Shown piece after piece: positions 48,138 to 57,989 of a stretch of DNA of 64,000 nucleotides. The notes beneath the pieces were generated by a model. That model saw only the letters and a program-made list of their open reading frames with translations, had not been told where the DNA came from and searched no databases. This DNA is from Leptospirales bacterium. Its GTDB lineage: Bacteria; Spirochaetota; Leptospiria; Turneriellales; JAOUFE01. Positions within the stretch are counted from its first letter, which is position 1. The number at the start of each line of letters is the position of its first letter. The stretch lies in NCBI GenBank assembly GCA_040326155.1, contig JBEQLE010000004.1:1-64000 (forward strand). The letters are read 5' to 3'. A program made the position numbers and the translations under genes.

Positions 48138-50996
48138 ATGAGCAATAATAAAATAAAACTGGGTTTAATGCCGCCACTAACGGGACTCGTAGCTCTATAC
48201 GGTGAAGAAATTGTCCGAGCGGCAAAGATAGCAGTAGACGAAATCAATGAAAGTGGAGGCCTGTTAGGCAATGAGCTAGAGCTGATTATTGAAGATGATG
48301 GCAGTTTACCGGACACGGCAGTTCCGGCAGCTCATAAACTTGTCGATTTGGGCTGCACTGCTATTATTGGTAATCTTTTATCTAATTCCCGAATATCGGT
48401 GGCAAATCAGGTTGCAGATAAAAGGAAAATACCATATTTAAATTTTTCTTTTTATGAAGGTAGTATATATTCACCTTATTTTTTTCATTTTGCCGCATTG
48501 CCAAACCAGCAAATAGATAAGATGATACCATATATGGCTAATAAATATGGATCGAAGTTTTTCTTTGCCGGAAGCAACTATGAATGGCCACGAGGCTCCA
48601 TTGACGCCGCTAAAATGGCTCTTTCTTCTGTTGATGGTGAAGTAGTTGGCGAAGAATATTTACCAATCGGGAGCGAAAAAATGGATTCACTGCTGGATAA
48701 AGTGAAAAAATCAGGCGCCGATGTTTTTGTTCCGTATTTTGCCGGCCAAGACCAAGTCAACCTGCTAACCGGTTTCACGGAATTAGGTCTAAAAAATAGA
48801 ATGGCAGTTGTTATGGGACATTATGATGAGACCATGGTCAGCAATCTTTCCGCTGAGGTCAGAGAAGGGTTTTATTCATCTAATACCTATTTCATGGATG
48901 TTGAAACGCCTGAAAACAAAGATCTGTTATCTCGTCTCAAAAATTGTCTGGGAGTAAATGAGTTATGGCCCAAAGGTAACGGAATTATTACAAATTTTGG
49001 AGAAGGTACATATATTTGTGTTAAAGCTTTTGGCGAAGCCGTTAAACTTGCTGGAAGCCTGGATGTTGATATAATTCTAAAGTCTCTGGAGAATATTCAA
49101 ATTGCAGGACCCCAGGGAAAAGTTACGATGGACCCTGAAACACATCACGCAACTGTAAATTCCTATTTGTCCAAATGCAATAAAGACGGCTCTTTCAGAA
49201 TTATAGAAAAATTTGGAGAGATTAAACCGATTATTCCGAAGCGCTATCATACAGAAATGATGTCCAGAAAATTACGCCATAAAGACAAAAAAAGTACGGA
49301 AGCACTTACCAGTTTAGATGAAAATAATAATAAATCCTCCATGGGTCAAATATTGGCCATTACCGATGTTTCCGTTATTGCAATTGGCAGTGATGGCAAC
49401 ATCATGTATGTAAACCGAAATACCTGTGAACTGTTTAAATATAAGGCAGATGAGCTTATAGGAAAATCTGTAAATATTCTTCTACCGCCTCGCTATCGTA
49501 ATTCTCACGGAAAAAGTATTATGGATTTTTTACATTCTGATGAAACCGATCAGCGCATGAGCCACAGAGGAGAGATTTCTGGTTATACTAAAAATGGCGA
49601 AGAATTTCCGGCGCAGGCCAGTCTTTCTAAAATTATTACTAAAGAGGGAACTTTAATGGTGGCCTCTTTAAAAGATGTCAGTGAAAGAAAAAAAATGGAG
49701 GAAGAACTTACCTGGAAGGCAACGCATGATCCACTGACGAAGCTGGCGAACCGCAATTTAATGAAAGAGCGTATAAAAAATGCGTTGGCCAGAACATTAC
49801 GTTCAAATACGGAAATTGCACTTCTATTCTTAGACCTGGACAACTTTAAAAGAATCAATGATACACATGGCCAAGAAGAAGGTGACAATCTTCTTCTTGG
49901 AGTAACTGATCGACTTGTAAATGCAGTGCGACCCGGTGATACGATTGCTCGTGTTGGAGGCGATGAGTTTGTTCTCTTATGTGAACAGATTGAACATGAA
50001 AATGAAGCTGTCGTTATAGCAAATCGCTTGGTTATAGCGCTTCGTGATAAAGTCGAAATTGCGAACACGAGTCACTACATCAGTGGCAGTATCGGATTGG
50101 CTTTTGGCAACGGTTATACTCATAGCGCAGAGGAGCTTTTGAAAAATGCGGACATTGCCATGTATGAAGCTAAAAATAAAGGGCGAGATAGTTGGAGAAT
50201 ATTCAGCGCCGATCTGGAAGAATCGGTGAAAATGGAGTTGGAAATAGCGAACGGACTTCACACTGCATTAGAGAATCATGAAATTAAAGCTTTTTTTCAG
50301 CCAATTTATGATATTACCGGAAATGAAATGATCGGCGCAGAACTGTTGGCGCGTTGGATAAAACAGGACAAAATGATTCCTCCGGATCTGTTTATTCCGA
50401 TTGCAGAAAAAAGTGGAGTAATTAATGAATTGGGATATTTTGTTTTTCGTGAGGGCTGTTTTGCTCAGGTCAAAACATCAAAAATGTCACCGCCTGGCAA
50501 AGAACCGTTTATTTCAATCAATGTCTCTACAAAACAATTGGACGATCCTCATTTTATAAATAAAATCAATGGAATATTGTCTGAAACAGGCGCAAAACCT
50601 GAGCTGCTGATACTGGAAATTACGGAGTCCAGTCTAATGTCAAATGCAGATAAAAACATACAAACTTTAGCCTGTTTAAAAGAGATTGGTCTGAGTACCG
50701 CGGTGGATGATTTTGGTACAGGTTATTCTTCTCTCAGTTATCTAAGTAAAATGCCCGTAAAAAAAATAAAAATCGATAAATCTTTTATTGATTATATCGA
50801 CACGCAAAAAGATCAAAAAACAATCGTAAATGCAGTTATAATGATGGCAAAAACAATGAATATTGAAATTGTTGCAGAAGGGGTCGAGACAAAAGAGCAA
50901 TTGAATATTCTAAATGAACTTGGCTGCGATAATATACAAGGCTACCTGTTTTCAAAACCACTGCCTTCAAAAGATTTTTTCAACATGTTCAGTTAA
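48138..50996 (+). CDS. AmiC/UrtA-like binding domain-PAS-GGDEF-EAL signalling protein
   Basis: IKLGLMPPLTG, EDDGS, YEG, NQQ, GSNYEWPRG; PAS; HDPLTKLANR, RVGGDEF; ELLARW, DDFGTGYSSL. Confidence 0.95.
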   Translation: MSNNKIKLGLMPPLTGLVALYGEEIVRAAKIAVDEINESGGLLGNELELIIEDDGSLPDTAVPAAHKLVDLGCTAIIGNLLSNSRISVANQVADKRKIPYLNFSFYEGSIYSPYFFHFAALPNQQIDKMIPYMANKYGSKFFFAGSNYEWPRGSIDAAKMALSSVDGEVVGEEYLPIGSEKMDSLLDKVKKSGADVFVPYFAGQDQVNLLTGFTELGLKNRMAVVMGHYDETMVSNLSAEVREGFYSSNTYFMDVETPENKDLLSRLKNCLGVNELWPKGNGIITNFGEGTYICVKAFGEAVKLAGSLDVDIILKSLENIQIAGPQGKVTMDPETHHATVNSYLSKCNKDGSFRIIEKFGEIKPIIPKRYHTEMMSRKLRHKDKKSTEALTSLDENNNKSSMGQILAITDVSVIAIGSDGNIMYVNRNTCELFKYKADELIGKSVNILLPPRYRNSHGKSIMDFLHSDETDQRMSHRGEISGYTKNGEEFPAQASLSKIITKEGTLMVASLKDVSERKKMEEELTWKATHDPLTKLANRNLMKERIKNALARTLRSNTEIALLFLDLDNFKRINDTHGQEEGDNLLLGVTDRLVNAVRPGDTIARVGGDEFVLLCEQIEHENEAVVIANRLVIALRDKVEIANTSHYISGSIGLAFGNGYTHSAEELLKNADIAMYEAKNKGRDSWRIFSADLEESVKMELEIANGLHTALENHEIKAFFQPIYDITGNEMIGAELLARWIKQDKMIPPDLFIPIAEKSGVINELGYFVFREGCFAQVKTSKMSPPGKEPFISINVSTKQLDDPHFINKINGILSETGAKPELLILEITESSLMSNADKNIQTLACLKEIGLSTAVDDFGTGYSSLSYLSKMPVKKIKIDKSFIDYIDTQKDQKTIVNAVIMMAKTMNIEIVAEGVETKEQLNILNELGCDNIQGYLFSKPLPSKDFFNMFS

Positions 50997-51125
50997 ATCA
51001 AACCAGATTTTAATAACAGTTATTTAAAATCACCAGTGGCAACACCTCTACGACTTCCGTCGAAAAGTAAATATTAATATTGTATATATAAAAACTTCAA
51101 ACAAATTCTACAATTTCAGTTATCA

Positions 51126-51210
51126 ACGTTGGGGGTAGCAAAAACCTGGGCGGGGCTTGCCCCGCTTTGGTTGGTGCGAGGGGGAAGACTTTTCCCCTTT
51201 AAACCTTCCT
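51126..51210 (+). repeat. G5-initiated structured intergenic element, copy B
   Basis: ACGTTGGGGGTAGCA, hairpin GCGGGGC/GCCCCGC, AGGGGGAA/TTCCCCTT, ACCTTCCT. Confidence 0.6.
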
Positions 51211-51284
51211 TTAGTCGCAACAACTCATGCGTTTTTATAGTTTTGCACTTTTTTTCACTTTTTTGTAATATCGTAAAAAAATGC

Positions 51285-51451
51285 TAAAAGATTTCCAGGA
51301 ACATACGAGAATCTACCATGCAATTGGACTTAAATAAAACATTCGCGGCGCAACTAACGCTGTTTGGATGAAAAGCTATTATGTATAAAAAAAGGCAGGG
51401 AAGCCAAAATATGTTAAAAACAAATAAAGCGATGTTTCAAGGAGGAGACAT
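51285..51451 (+). promoter_or_regulatory. flaB leader: sigma28-like promoter and GGA-containing CsrA-type sites
   Basis: TAAA-N15-TACGAGAA; TTGGATG, GGCAGGGAAGCC hairpin, AAGGAGGAG RBS. Confidence 0.5.
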
Positions 51452-52300
51452 ATGATTATCAACCACAACCTCAGCGCGGTTTTCGCACACAGAACCCTTA
51501 AATTTAAAAATTGGGATATGCAAAAAAATATAGAGAAATTGTCCAGCGGTGAAAGAATTAACCGCGGTGGCGATGACGCTTCGGGACTAGCAGTCTCAGA
51601 AAAAATGAGGACCCAGATTCGCGGTCTTCGCAGGGCAGAGCAAAATACCGAAGACGGTATGAGTTTTATCCAGACTACGGAAGGATATCTCTCACAAACA
51701 TCGAATATTATCCAGAGAGTCCGTGAGCTTGCCATTCAAGCGGCCAACGGCATTTACTCTGAGGGAGACAGGCAACTTATTCAGGTAGAGGTTTCGGAAC
51801 TGATCGATGAGATCGACCGAATTGCCTCGCAAGCAGAGTTCAATAAAATGACACTGATGACCGGATCGTTTGGCCGATTAAACCCGACCGCAAGTATGTG
51901 GTTCCACATGGGAGCCAACATGCACCAACGCGAGAGAGTTTATGTAGAGACAATGACAACGGCAGCGTTGAAATTGAGAAACCCGACCACAATGACTTTT
52001 ATCTCTATCTCGACACCTGGCAAAGCCAATGGTGTTATCGGTCTTGCCGATGAAGCCTTGCACATTATCGGCAAACAACGCGCCGACCTTGGGGCTTACT
52101 ACAATCGCCTCGAATATGCAGCTAAAGGTTTAATGAACGCCTATGAAAATATAACGGCGGCAGAATCTAGAATTCGCGATACAGACATGGCGGAGGAAAT
52201 GGTGGATTTCACCAAGAACCAGATTCTAACCCAGGCCGGAACGGCAATGCTGGCACAGGCAAACCAGGTTCCTCAGAACATACTTCAACTATTGAGGTAA
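51452..52300 (+). CDS. flaB: Periplasmic flagellar filament core flagellin FlaB
   Basis: [51 protein letters not shown]; 282 aa. Confidence 0.98.
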   Translation: MIINHNLSAVFAHRTLKFKNWDMQKNIEKLSSGERINRGGDDASGLAVSEKMRTQIRGLRRAEQNTEDGMSFIQTTEGYLSQTSNIIQRVRELAIQAANGIYSEGDRQLIQVEVSELIDEIDRIASQAEFNKMTLMTGSFGRLNPTASMWFHMGANMHQRERVYVETMTTAALKLRNPTTMTFISISTPGKANGVIGLADEALHIIGKQRADLGAYYNRLEYAAKGLMNAYENITAAESRIRDTDMAEEMVDFTKNQILTQAGTAMLAQANQVPQNILQLLR

Positions 52301-52337
52301 GCAGGAAAAGAACACATATATATCGCCGTACAACTCT

Positions 52338-52382
52338 GAGCCTCCAGCGGTTGCCAATAACCGCTGGAGGCTTTTCTTTTTT
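52338..52382 (+). terminator. Rho-independent terminator of flaB
   Basis: AGCCTCCAGCGGTT-loop-AACCGCTGGAGGCT followed by T-run. Confidence 0.92.
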
Positions 52383-52398
52383 AGGCCCTTTGTTTATC

Positions 52399-52500
52399 CA
52401 CAAAAAAATCCTGCGGTTTTTTTGTGCTCCTTCGTTCGATTTTATTTTAAAGTTTATTTCGAAAAAAAAGCGTGGTTTTTTTTCGACCGCTTCGGGGTAT
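52399..52500 (+). repeat. CACAAA-family double-hairpin repeat, with partial copies to ~52595
   Basis: CACAAAAAAATC-CTGC-GGTTTTTTTGTG, CTTCGTTCGAT, AAAAAAGCGTGGTTTTT, CGCTTCGGGG. Confidence 0.8.
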
Positions 52501-52669
52501 TCTTTTACAAATCCTTCCTTTATCCACAAAAAAAAATTCGCTTTTCGTCTTTAGGTCACAAAAAAATCCTCCGGTTGTTTTATATTCCTTCGCTCTGAGC
52601 GAGAGGTGCATATTACCAGGAGCAAAGTAAATATACTTGCTTAGTCAACTGGTCGTTTCACTCTACCAT

Positions 52670-53563
52670 ATGCAAAAATTTATATTTCACCCGGGCTTGG
52701 TGATTATCAGCACTCTATTATTCTTTTCACAGTCCTGCACAGGCTCAATCAAATCGCATAACGCCTCTTGCCTTTCAAAAAACAATGCAGGCGTTGTTCC
52801 ATGTGGTACGAGTTTTGTACGCCTGGCTTCCTCGTCGAATTCAAGCTCCCTTGAAAATCTGGAAGCGGAAGATTCCTTCGCTTTGCTACCACCCGATTTC
52901 GATATAAAACGAGCAGAAAAATACCCGGTACTGATTACTCTGCCCTATACCGGTGGAGGTGGCGCAGATTTCATTCGTTCTTATCTATATAATGCCTGGC
53001 CCTATGCTGATAAAGGAAAATTCGAATGGAGTAAGGCCCATAGGTATTTTACCAAAACCCATTTCGAAAAAAACAATACCCGCTTTATTATATTAATTCC
53101 GCCGGGTTCCGGCGCCAAAAGAGATCATGACTGGACTGGTTTTATGGCTTCCATCGATCGTTACGAAAGAAGAATTGCAGAAAATCTGGCTTTACTGAAA
53201 CAAAACTATAATGCGGATACGAGCCGTGTTGTTCTTTCGGGTTACTCTCTGGGCGGTGATATTTCGTGGGCTTTAGCGTTGAAGTATCCCGGGCGATATT
53301 TCGGCGCGATTATAATGGGAACTCGAATCGGCTACCGCAATAGAAAAGCCTACAATATATTGAAAAAAACAGGGTTCCGTTTTTACATTGGCATGGGCGA
53401 GTTCGAACTGGAACATCGGAAAAAAGGAAATTCCGAAGGAAGGAAAATTCTGGACCAGCATAAAATATCGTATATTTATAAAACAATACCGGCGGGCGGC
53501 CATACCACATTGAAACATTCAGAATTTATAGACGCTCTTTATTACACGTTCCGGTTTCAATAA
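52670..53563 (+). CDS. Alpha/beta hydrolase (esterase-like), probable lipoprotein
   Basis: LLPPDF....KYPVLI, GYSLGG nucleophile elbow, GGH; SQSC lipobox-like. Confidence 0.85.
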   Translation: MQKFIFHPGLVIISTLLFFSQSCTGSIKSHNASCLSKNNAGVVPCGTSFVRLASSSNSSSLENLEAEDSFALLPPDFDIKRAEKYPVLITLPYTGGGGADFIRSYLYNAWPYADKGKFEWSKAHRYFTKTHFEKNNTRFIILIPPGSGAKRDHDWTGFMASIDRYERRIAENLALLKQNYNADTSRVVLSGYSLGGDISWALALKYPGRYFGAIIMGTRIGYRNRKAYNILKKTGFRFYIGMGEFELEHRKKGNSEGRKILDQHKISYIYKTIPAGGHTTLKHSEFIDALYYTFRFQ

Positions 53564-53582
53564 ATTTCTGGATACGCGAGAA

Positions 53583-53908
53583 ACAACCGTTTCGTGGTCT
53601 GTTTTTCAAATAATGATTGTCAATGCAGTTAAGGCAAAGCAAATTGCTTCATTAAATTCTATTCGGAAGGTTCTATATGAAAAAATTCGTTTTTGGTTCA
53701 CAAATAAATCCTGCGGTTTATTTGTGCTGCTTCGTTCGATTTACGTTTAAAGTTTTCTTTGTAAAAAAACGTGGTTTTTTTACAACCGCTTCGTGGTATA
53801 ATCTGGTTTCTCTTCCAAATAATGATTGTCAAAATACTCTAAACAATACTCATTGCTTCATTAAATTCTATCCAGAAGGTCATATATGAAAAAATTCGTT
53901 TTTAGTTC
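53583..53908 (+). repeat. Tandem duplication of upstream region, RBS and first codons, containing a CACAAA repeat (53699-53800)
   Basis: CAAATAATGATTGTCAA, ATTGCTTCATTAAATTCTAT and ATGAAAAAATTCGTTTTT each occur twice (ATG at 53677 and 53886). Confidence 0.85.
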
Positions 53909-55115
53909 GTCTTTGGTTCTATTTTTATTAACCGCTGCCGCTATTGATTCTATTACTCTGCAATTAAACGGTAATTTTGCAATTTCTATAGATAGGAATG
54001 TCTGGGAAGCGGAAAAATATCATGAATGGGTGGAACAAGACGGGGGATACGAGAGTGAAATGCAGCTTATTGAAGATCCTGCCTATATAGTCTCGATATT
54101 CATGGCCGACATACATGAGTATAATAAAAGAATGGAAACTGTAGAGGAAGAATCCCATAAACCGCCACCAAGGCCGGACGCTTTTATTTCATGGATCGAA
54201 AGAACTGCGAAAAAAAAAGGTAAAAAGTTTGTTTTCTCAGATCCTATTGAAAAATACGGATTTATCTATATCCGTGGAACAGAAGAAAGCGAAGATGGTA
54301 GCGTCAAGTTTGCCATCCATCTTGGAATGCAGGCTACCGAACACGGTGTTATATTTATTTTTCACATGTTCGATAAATCTCGATCGAATGACAACGTACC
54401 CTATTCCGATGAATTGTTTAATACCCAATACGAAGAAATCCTGGAGACATTTGAAATCAGGCACGAAACTCCAGAAGAAACGGAAAATACCTCCGGGCAG
54501 GATGATGAAATCGACTTACCCAAAGACGGCGCAAAAACCGATGATAATAAATTATACGTATTCGATTTTCCTGACTCTTTTATTCTAACCATTAATAAAG
54601 AGAAATGGGAATTGATTGCGAACAATATAAAAAAAGAGAGTCTAAAGGTAAAAAGACGGTATAATTTAAAACAAGACACTGGTTATAAATTAGAGATGAT
54701 GGTATCTGCAACCACCGAAAGGGACAGACAAGAGCTAAGCGACCCTGAAATTTTTTTCAACGCTCTTACCGACGGTCTTGAAGAACATGGAATACCCCCT
54801 GTTTTTTCCAAAATAAAACATAAAAATGGGATGTATTATATCCAGGGAATTGTCCGCGATGAAAGCGAGGTCTTACTTGCTTTTCACATGGCCTATTATT
54901 TAAATGACAAACACTTTGTTTTTTTAAGTCACAGTTACGAAATAGAGCATTCCACCGGAGACGTGGCTTTTAACCCGGAAATTTTCACCGCTCAATTCGA
55001 AGAAATTGTTGACAGTTTTCATCCCTACCCTGCTGTTGAGTCGAATAATGAAAACGGTCCTGAGATTGAAGAAGAAAACACAACCGAAACCGACTTGCAA
55101 AACGAACAGGAATAA
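53886..55115 (+). CDS. Secreted acidic protein with two internal homologous domains
   Basis: Signal peptide; F.I.I.R..WE ... Y.RG ... H ... F..Q(Y/F)EEI..F occurs twice. Confidence 0.8.
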   Translation: MKKFVFSSSLVLFLLTAAAIDSITLQLNGNFAISIDRNVWEAEKYHEWVEQDGGYESEMQLIEDPAYIVSIFMADIHEYNKRMETVEEESHKPPPRPDAFISWIERTAKKKGKKFVFSDPIEKYGFIYIRGTEESEDGSVKFAIHLGMQATEHGVIFIFHMFDKSRSNDNVPYSDELFNTQYEEILETFEIRHETPEETENTSGQDDEIDLPKDGAKTDDNKLYVFDFPDSFILTINKEKWELIANNIKKESLKVKRRYNLKQDTGYKLEMMVSATTERDRQELSDPEIFFNALTDGLEEHGIPPVFSKIKHKNGMYYIQGIVRDESEVLLAFHMAYYLNDKHFVFLSHSYEIEHSTGDVAFNPEIFTAQFEEIVDSFHPYPAVESNNENGPEIEEENTTETDLQNEQE

Positions 55116-55123
55116 ACGAACAA

Positions 55124-55684
55124 ATGAGACTTACATTTTTAGTAAAATTATTTTATATAGCAAACATACTATTCTTGATTACAGCCTGTAATAAAAAAAC
55201 AGAACCCCCTTTTGGCGGATATTTCACAGTTCAAGTCGATACAAACGAATGGAAAATTATTCAACAATCGGAGAACAAACTGGATGAAGGACCGGTTAAA
55301 TACTTATACCAGATGAAAGCAGATTCGGGGTATTTTCTCGATATCACTGTTTATAACGTGCAAGAGGAATATACCATGTCCTCCGATTCGATTGAGTTTT
55401 TTGAGCAAACTCGACACTCTAAATCAGGTGAAGGACAAAAATTTATTCTCGGCGAAATAAAAGTTATAAACAATATTCATTACCGAAGTTCATTGTTCTA
55501 CCAAAAAGAGAATCTGGAACGAGCCACTTTTACAGGTCATTTGGGAAAAAAAACTTATGTAACTTTGTTCAACTTATTTTATAACCACGGGGCCTCAGAC
55601 GGAGCAGTTAGATACAACCACGATTCCATGACTTCTCAGTTTGTAAAAATTCTGAAGTCATTTAAAGATCTCTCAAACGAATAG
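55124..55684 (+). CDS. Lipoprotein carrying one copy of the same domain
   Basis: ITAC lipobox; FTVQVDTNEWK, SGYFLDI, SQFVKILKSF. Confidence 0.78.
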   Translation: MRLTFLVKLFYIANILFLITACNKKTEPPFGGYFTVQVDTNEWKIIQQSENKLDEGPVKYLYQMKADSGYFLDITVYNVQEEYTMSSDSIEFFEQTRHSKSGEGQKFILGEIKVINNIHYRSSLFYQKENLERATFTGHLGKKTYVTLFNLFYNHGASDGAVRYNHDSMTSQFVKILKSFKDLSNE

Positions 55685-55685
55685 A

Positions 55686-56249
55686 ATGATTATAAAATTA
55701 AAAACCCCTCAATACATTTTCATGTTGCTCACTCTTTTTATTCTGCTCAGTACTGCAAGATGCGCTGGAAAAAACGCACTGGTCACCAATACTGGTACTC
55801 CGGGAATTTACAACAAAGCCGGAGTCTACTTTGAATACCCTGCGACATGGAATGTTACAGAAGACTATATGGCATCGGATGCCAGGGTTATATATATAGA
55901 AACTCCGGGCAGCGCTATTTTATTTATCTATATTTTATCCGAAAAAAACTCAAGTAGGCTAACTCAATTTGCCCGAAAATTCGCCATATCAATCCGCTCG
56001 TCAGATTCAGACAGTTTAATAGGCGAATCGACATTCGGCTCGCCTGAAAAACAAGATCCATATGAAGTTTTAACGGAGCGTTTTCTGGTGACGTTTTTAA
56101 AAAAGAGAATCGCTTACCAAAGGGTTTACCGCAGAAGAGTTTTTCACGAATATGCCTGCACTTTAATTGCCCAATATGCGCTTGAAAATCGATACAATTT
56201 AGAAAAAAAGTTTAATGTAATCTCCTCGACTTTTCGCTATTCTGAATAG
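55686..56249 (+). CDS. Putative lipoprotein, PsbP/DcrB-like
   Basis: GVYFEYPATWNV, terminal ISSTFRY. Confidence 0.7.
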   Translation: MIIKLKTPQYIFMLLTLFILLSTARCAGKNALVTNTGTPGIYNKAGVYFEYPATWNVTEDYMASDARVIYIETPGSAILFIYILSEKNSSRLTQFARKFAISIRSSDSDSLIGESTFGSPEKQDPYEVLTERFLVTFLKKRIAYQRVYRRRVFHEYACTLIAQYALENRYNLEKKFNVISSTFRYSE

Positions 56250-56314
56250 CAATGGATTGTAACATGTATTGTTAAAATCCGATGCATTACAACATGTATT
56301 GATTAAATCTAAAA

Positions 56315-57007
56315 TTATGGTCTACCTACGACATCAACATATGCAAAAAACATATTGTCTGACAGGTACTTGGTGCGGTCATTATCCGAAGATGGACGGC
56401 GCCGAAGAAAATCGTTAAACAAAACTCCGCCTTCCATATAAATCCCTTTTTTATTCAGGTTCATACGATACCTTTGAATTCCCTTACTCACATGATGAAT
56501 ATAAACAATGCTCCCGTTTTCTTCCACACCCGTTACCACCGAAACATGGGTATACTTATCATCCCACCTTCCATTGTCGTTTTTGTCGTAAGTATTATTG
56601 AAAATAATCAGATCGCCCGTTTTGGGAGTTCGGCTCGAATTTTGCCACGATTGTCTTCGGTACGTTTTGTAAATAATTTCTACGCCATTCGTCCCGGAAG
56701 GAAACTGAGATGCCTCTGAAAAAACATCAATACCGATGTTGTCAAAAACTGCGCGAACCATTCCCGAACAATCATTAATGTATTTTTTACCATTCAAATA
56801 TAGGTATGGACCGCTTTTACCCAAAAGAGATTGCGACACCTCACGAATTTTCAACCGAATATCGCTTTGCTCCGTCTGTATTTCAGTACCCGGAAGGCGA
56901 GAGGTCGTTTCGGAGGAACCAGATGAACCACTCGCCCCAGCATGCAGGTACGTCAAAGAAAAAACTAATGAGAATAGAAATATGAATACATAAATTAGTT
57001 TACGCAA
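56315..57007 (-). CDS. NlpC/P60 (CHAP-like) cell-wall peptidase
   Basis: DCSGMV, PKTGDLIIF, THVSVV, YIH; GAGGAG RBS. Confidence 0.88.
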   Translation of the reverse strand: MRKLIYVFIFLFSLVFSLTYLHAGASGSSGSSETTSRLPGTEIQTEQSDIRLKIREVSQSLLGKSGPYLYLNGKKYINDCSGMVRAVFDNIGIDVFSEASQFPSGTNGVEIIYKTYRRQSWQNSSRTPKTGDLIIFNNTYDKNDNGRWDDKYTHVSVVTGVEENGSIVYIHHVSKGIQRYRMNLNKKGIYMEGGVLFNDFLRRRPSSDNDRTKYLSDNMFFAYVDVVGRP

Positions 57008-57133
57008 AATTTAGCTCCTCTGAATCCCTAGTCCTATAACAATATAAAGAAGTTAATTGATCGGCAAATAATTTTGCAACCATATACCCGATAGTGTGAC
57101 TGCAATTGAATTCCGTTGAAATTTCGGCTTATT

Positions 57134-57823
57134 TTAGATATATTTTATGACCATAATCACCAGGCCAGAGCTAGACATCATCGCGGCGAAAGACCAACGC
57201 ATAAAACGCTCGATACGATTACTTTGCTCATCGAATCTTCGGTTCATCTCCGTCCTCAGGCTGTCAAATTTTAGTTCCTGACTTTCAAAACGAAAATTTA
57301 TATTTTCAAACCGCTTATCGAAGTGATTGAATTGATAATCTACCTGTTCAAACCGTGCGACTACCTGATCGAATCGTTTGTCTACTTGAGCAAGCTGTGT
57401 GTCCATCTGATCGAGTCGTTTATCTACCTGATCTAGTCGTGTGTCTACCTGATCTAGTCGTGTGTCCATCTGCTCAAGTCGTTTATCTACCTGTTCAAGC
57501 CGTGTGTCTATCTGCTCAAGTCGTTTATCTACATGTTCGAGCCGTGTGTCCATCTGCTCAAGTCGTTTATCTACATATTCAAGCCGTGTGTCTATCTGCT
57601 CAAGTCGTTTATCTACCTGAGCAAACCGTGTGTCCATCTGCTCAAAACCGTTAATCATTAATTCCCGCTGGTTTTTTAGTTCGTTTTCAAACCGGGCCAA
57701 TCGTTCCAATTCAATATTATTGTGTAGTTGAACACTCTCGGATTCATTTATCCATTCGTTCAAGTGAGATTTAACATAATCTCCGATAACGATTAATTCA
57801 CTCTTTGAAATTGGCACTGGCAT
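57134..57823 (-). CDS. Heptad-repeat coiled-coil protein with C-terminal TM anchor
   Basis: (E/D)Q(V/M/I)D(K/T)RL repeats; MRWSFAAM..GLVIMVIK tail; AAGGAG RBS. Confidence 0.88.
   Translation of the reverse strand: MPVPISKSELIVIGDYVKSHLNEWINESESVQLHNNIELERLARFENELKNQRELMINGFEQMDTRFAQVDKRLEQIDTRLEYVDKRLEQMDTRLEHVDKRLEQIDTRLEQVDKRLEQMDTRLDQVDTRLDQVDKRLDQMDTQLAQVDKRFDQVVARFEQVDYQFNHFDKRFENINFRFESQELKFDSLRTEMNRRFDEQSNRIERFMRWSFAAMMSSSGLVIMVIKYI
57342..57650 (-). repeat. Coding tandem repeat of 21-bp units (42-bp superunit)
   Basis: Alternating TCAAGTCGTTTATCTAC and CCGTGTGTC(C/T)ATCTGC units. Confidence 0.9.
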
Positions 57824-57989
57824 AAAAAGCTCCTTCTACTTTGTTTGTCAAGAAATTATTTCCGTATTCGTTTCTTATTAGTGTAATAGGCAAAAATCTG
57901 TTTTTTTTTCAATATCTGCGTTTTTTTTTCAATAAAAAGATTGACTGAGAAATAAATTGTCCATACATTCTATTTGTACAATAACCAAT

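Noticed and set aside
53609..53627. Fur box-like AATAATGATTGTCAATGCA
   Set aside because: Only 12 of 19 matches to consensus in AT-rich DNA, and no iron-related gene downstream
56255..56310. Short direct repeat AACATGTATTG x2 between convergent genes
   Set aside because: Two copies only; insufficient to assign a role
57342..57650. Regular short repeats suggestive of a CRISPR array
   Set aside because: Contiguous in-frame 21-bp coding units, no unique spacers, no cas genes
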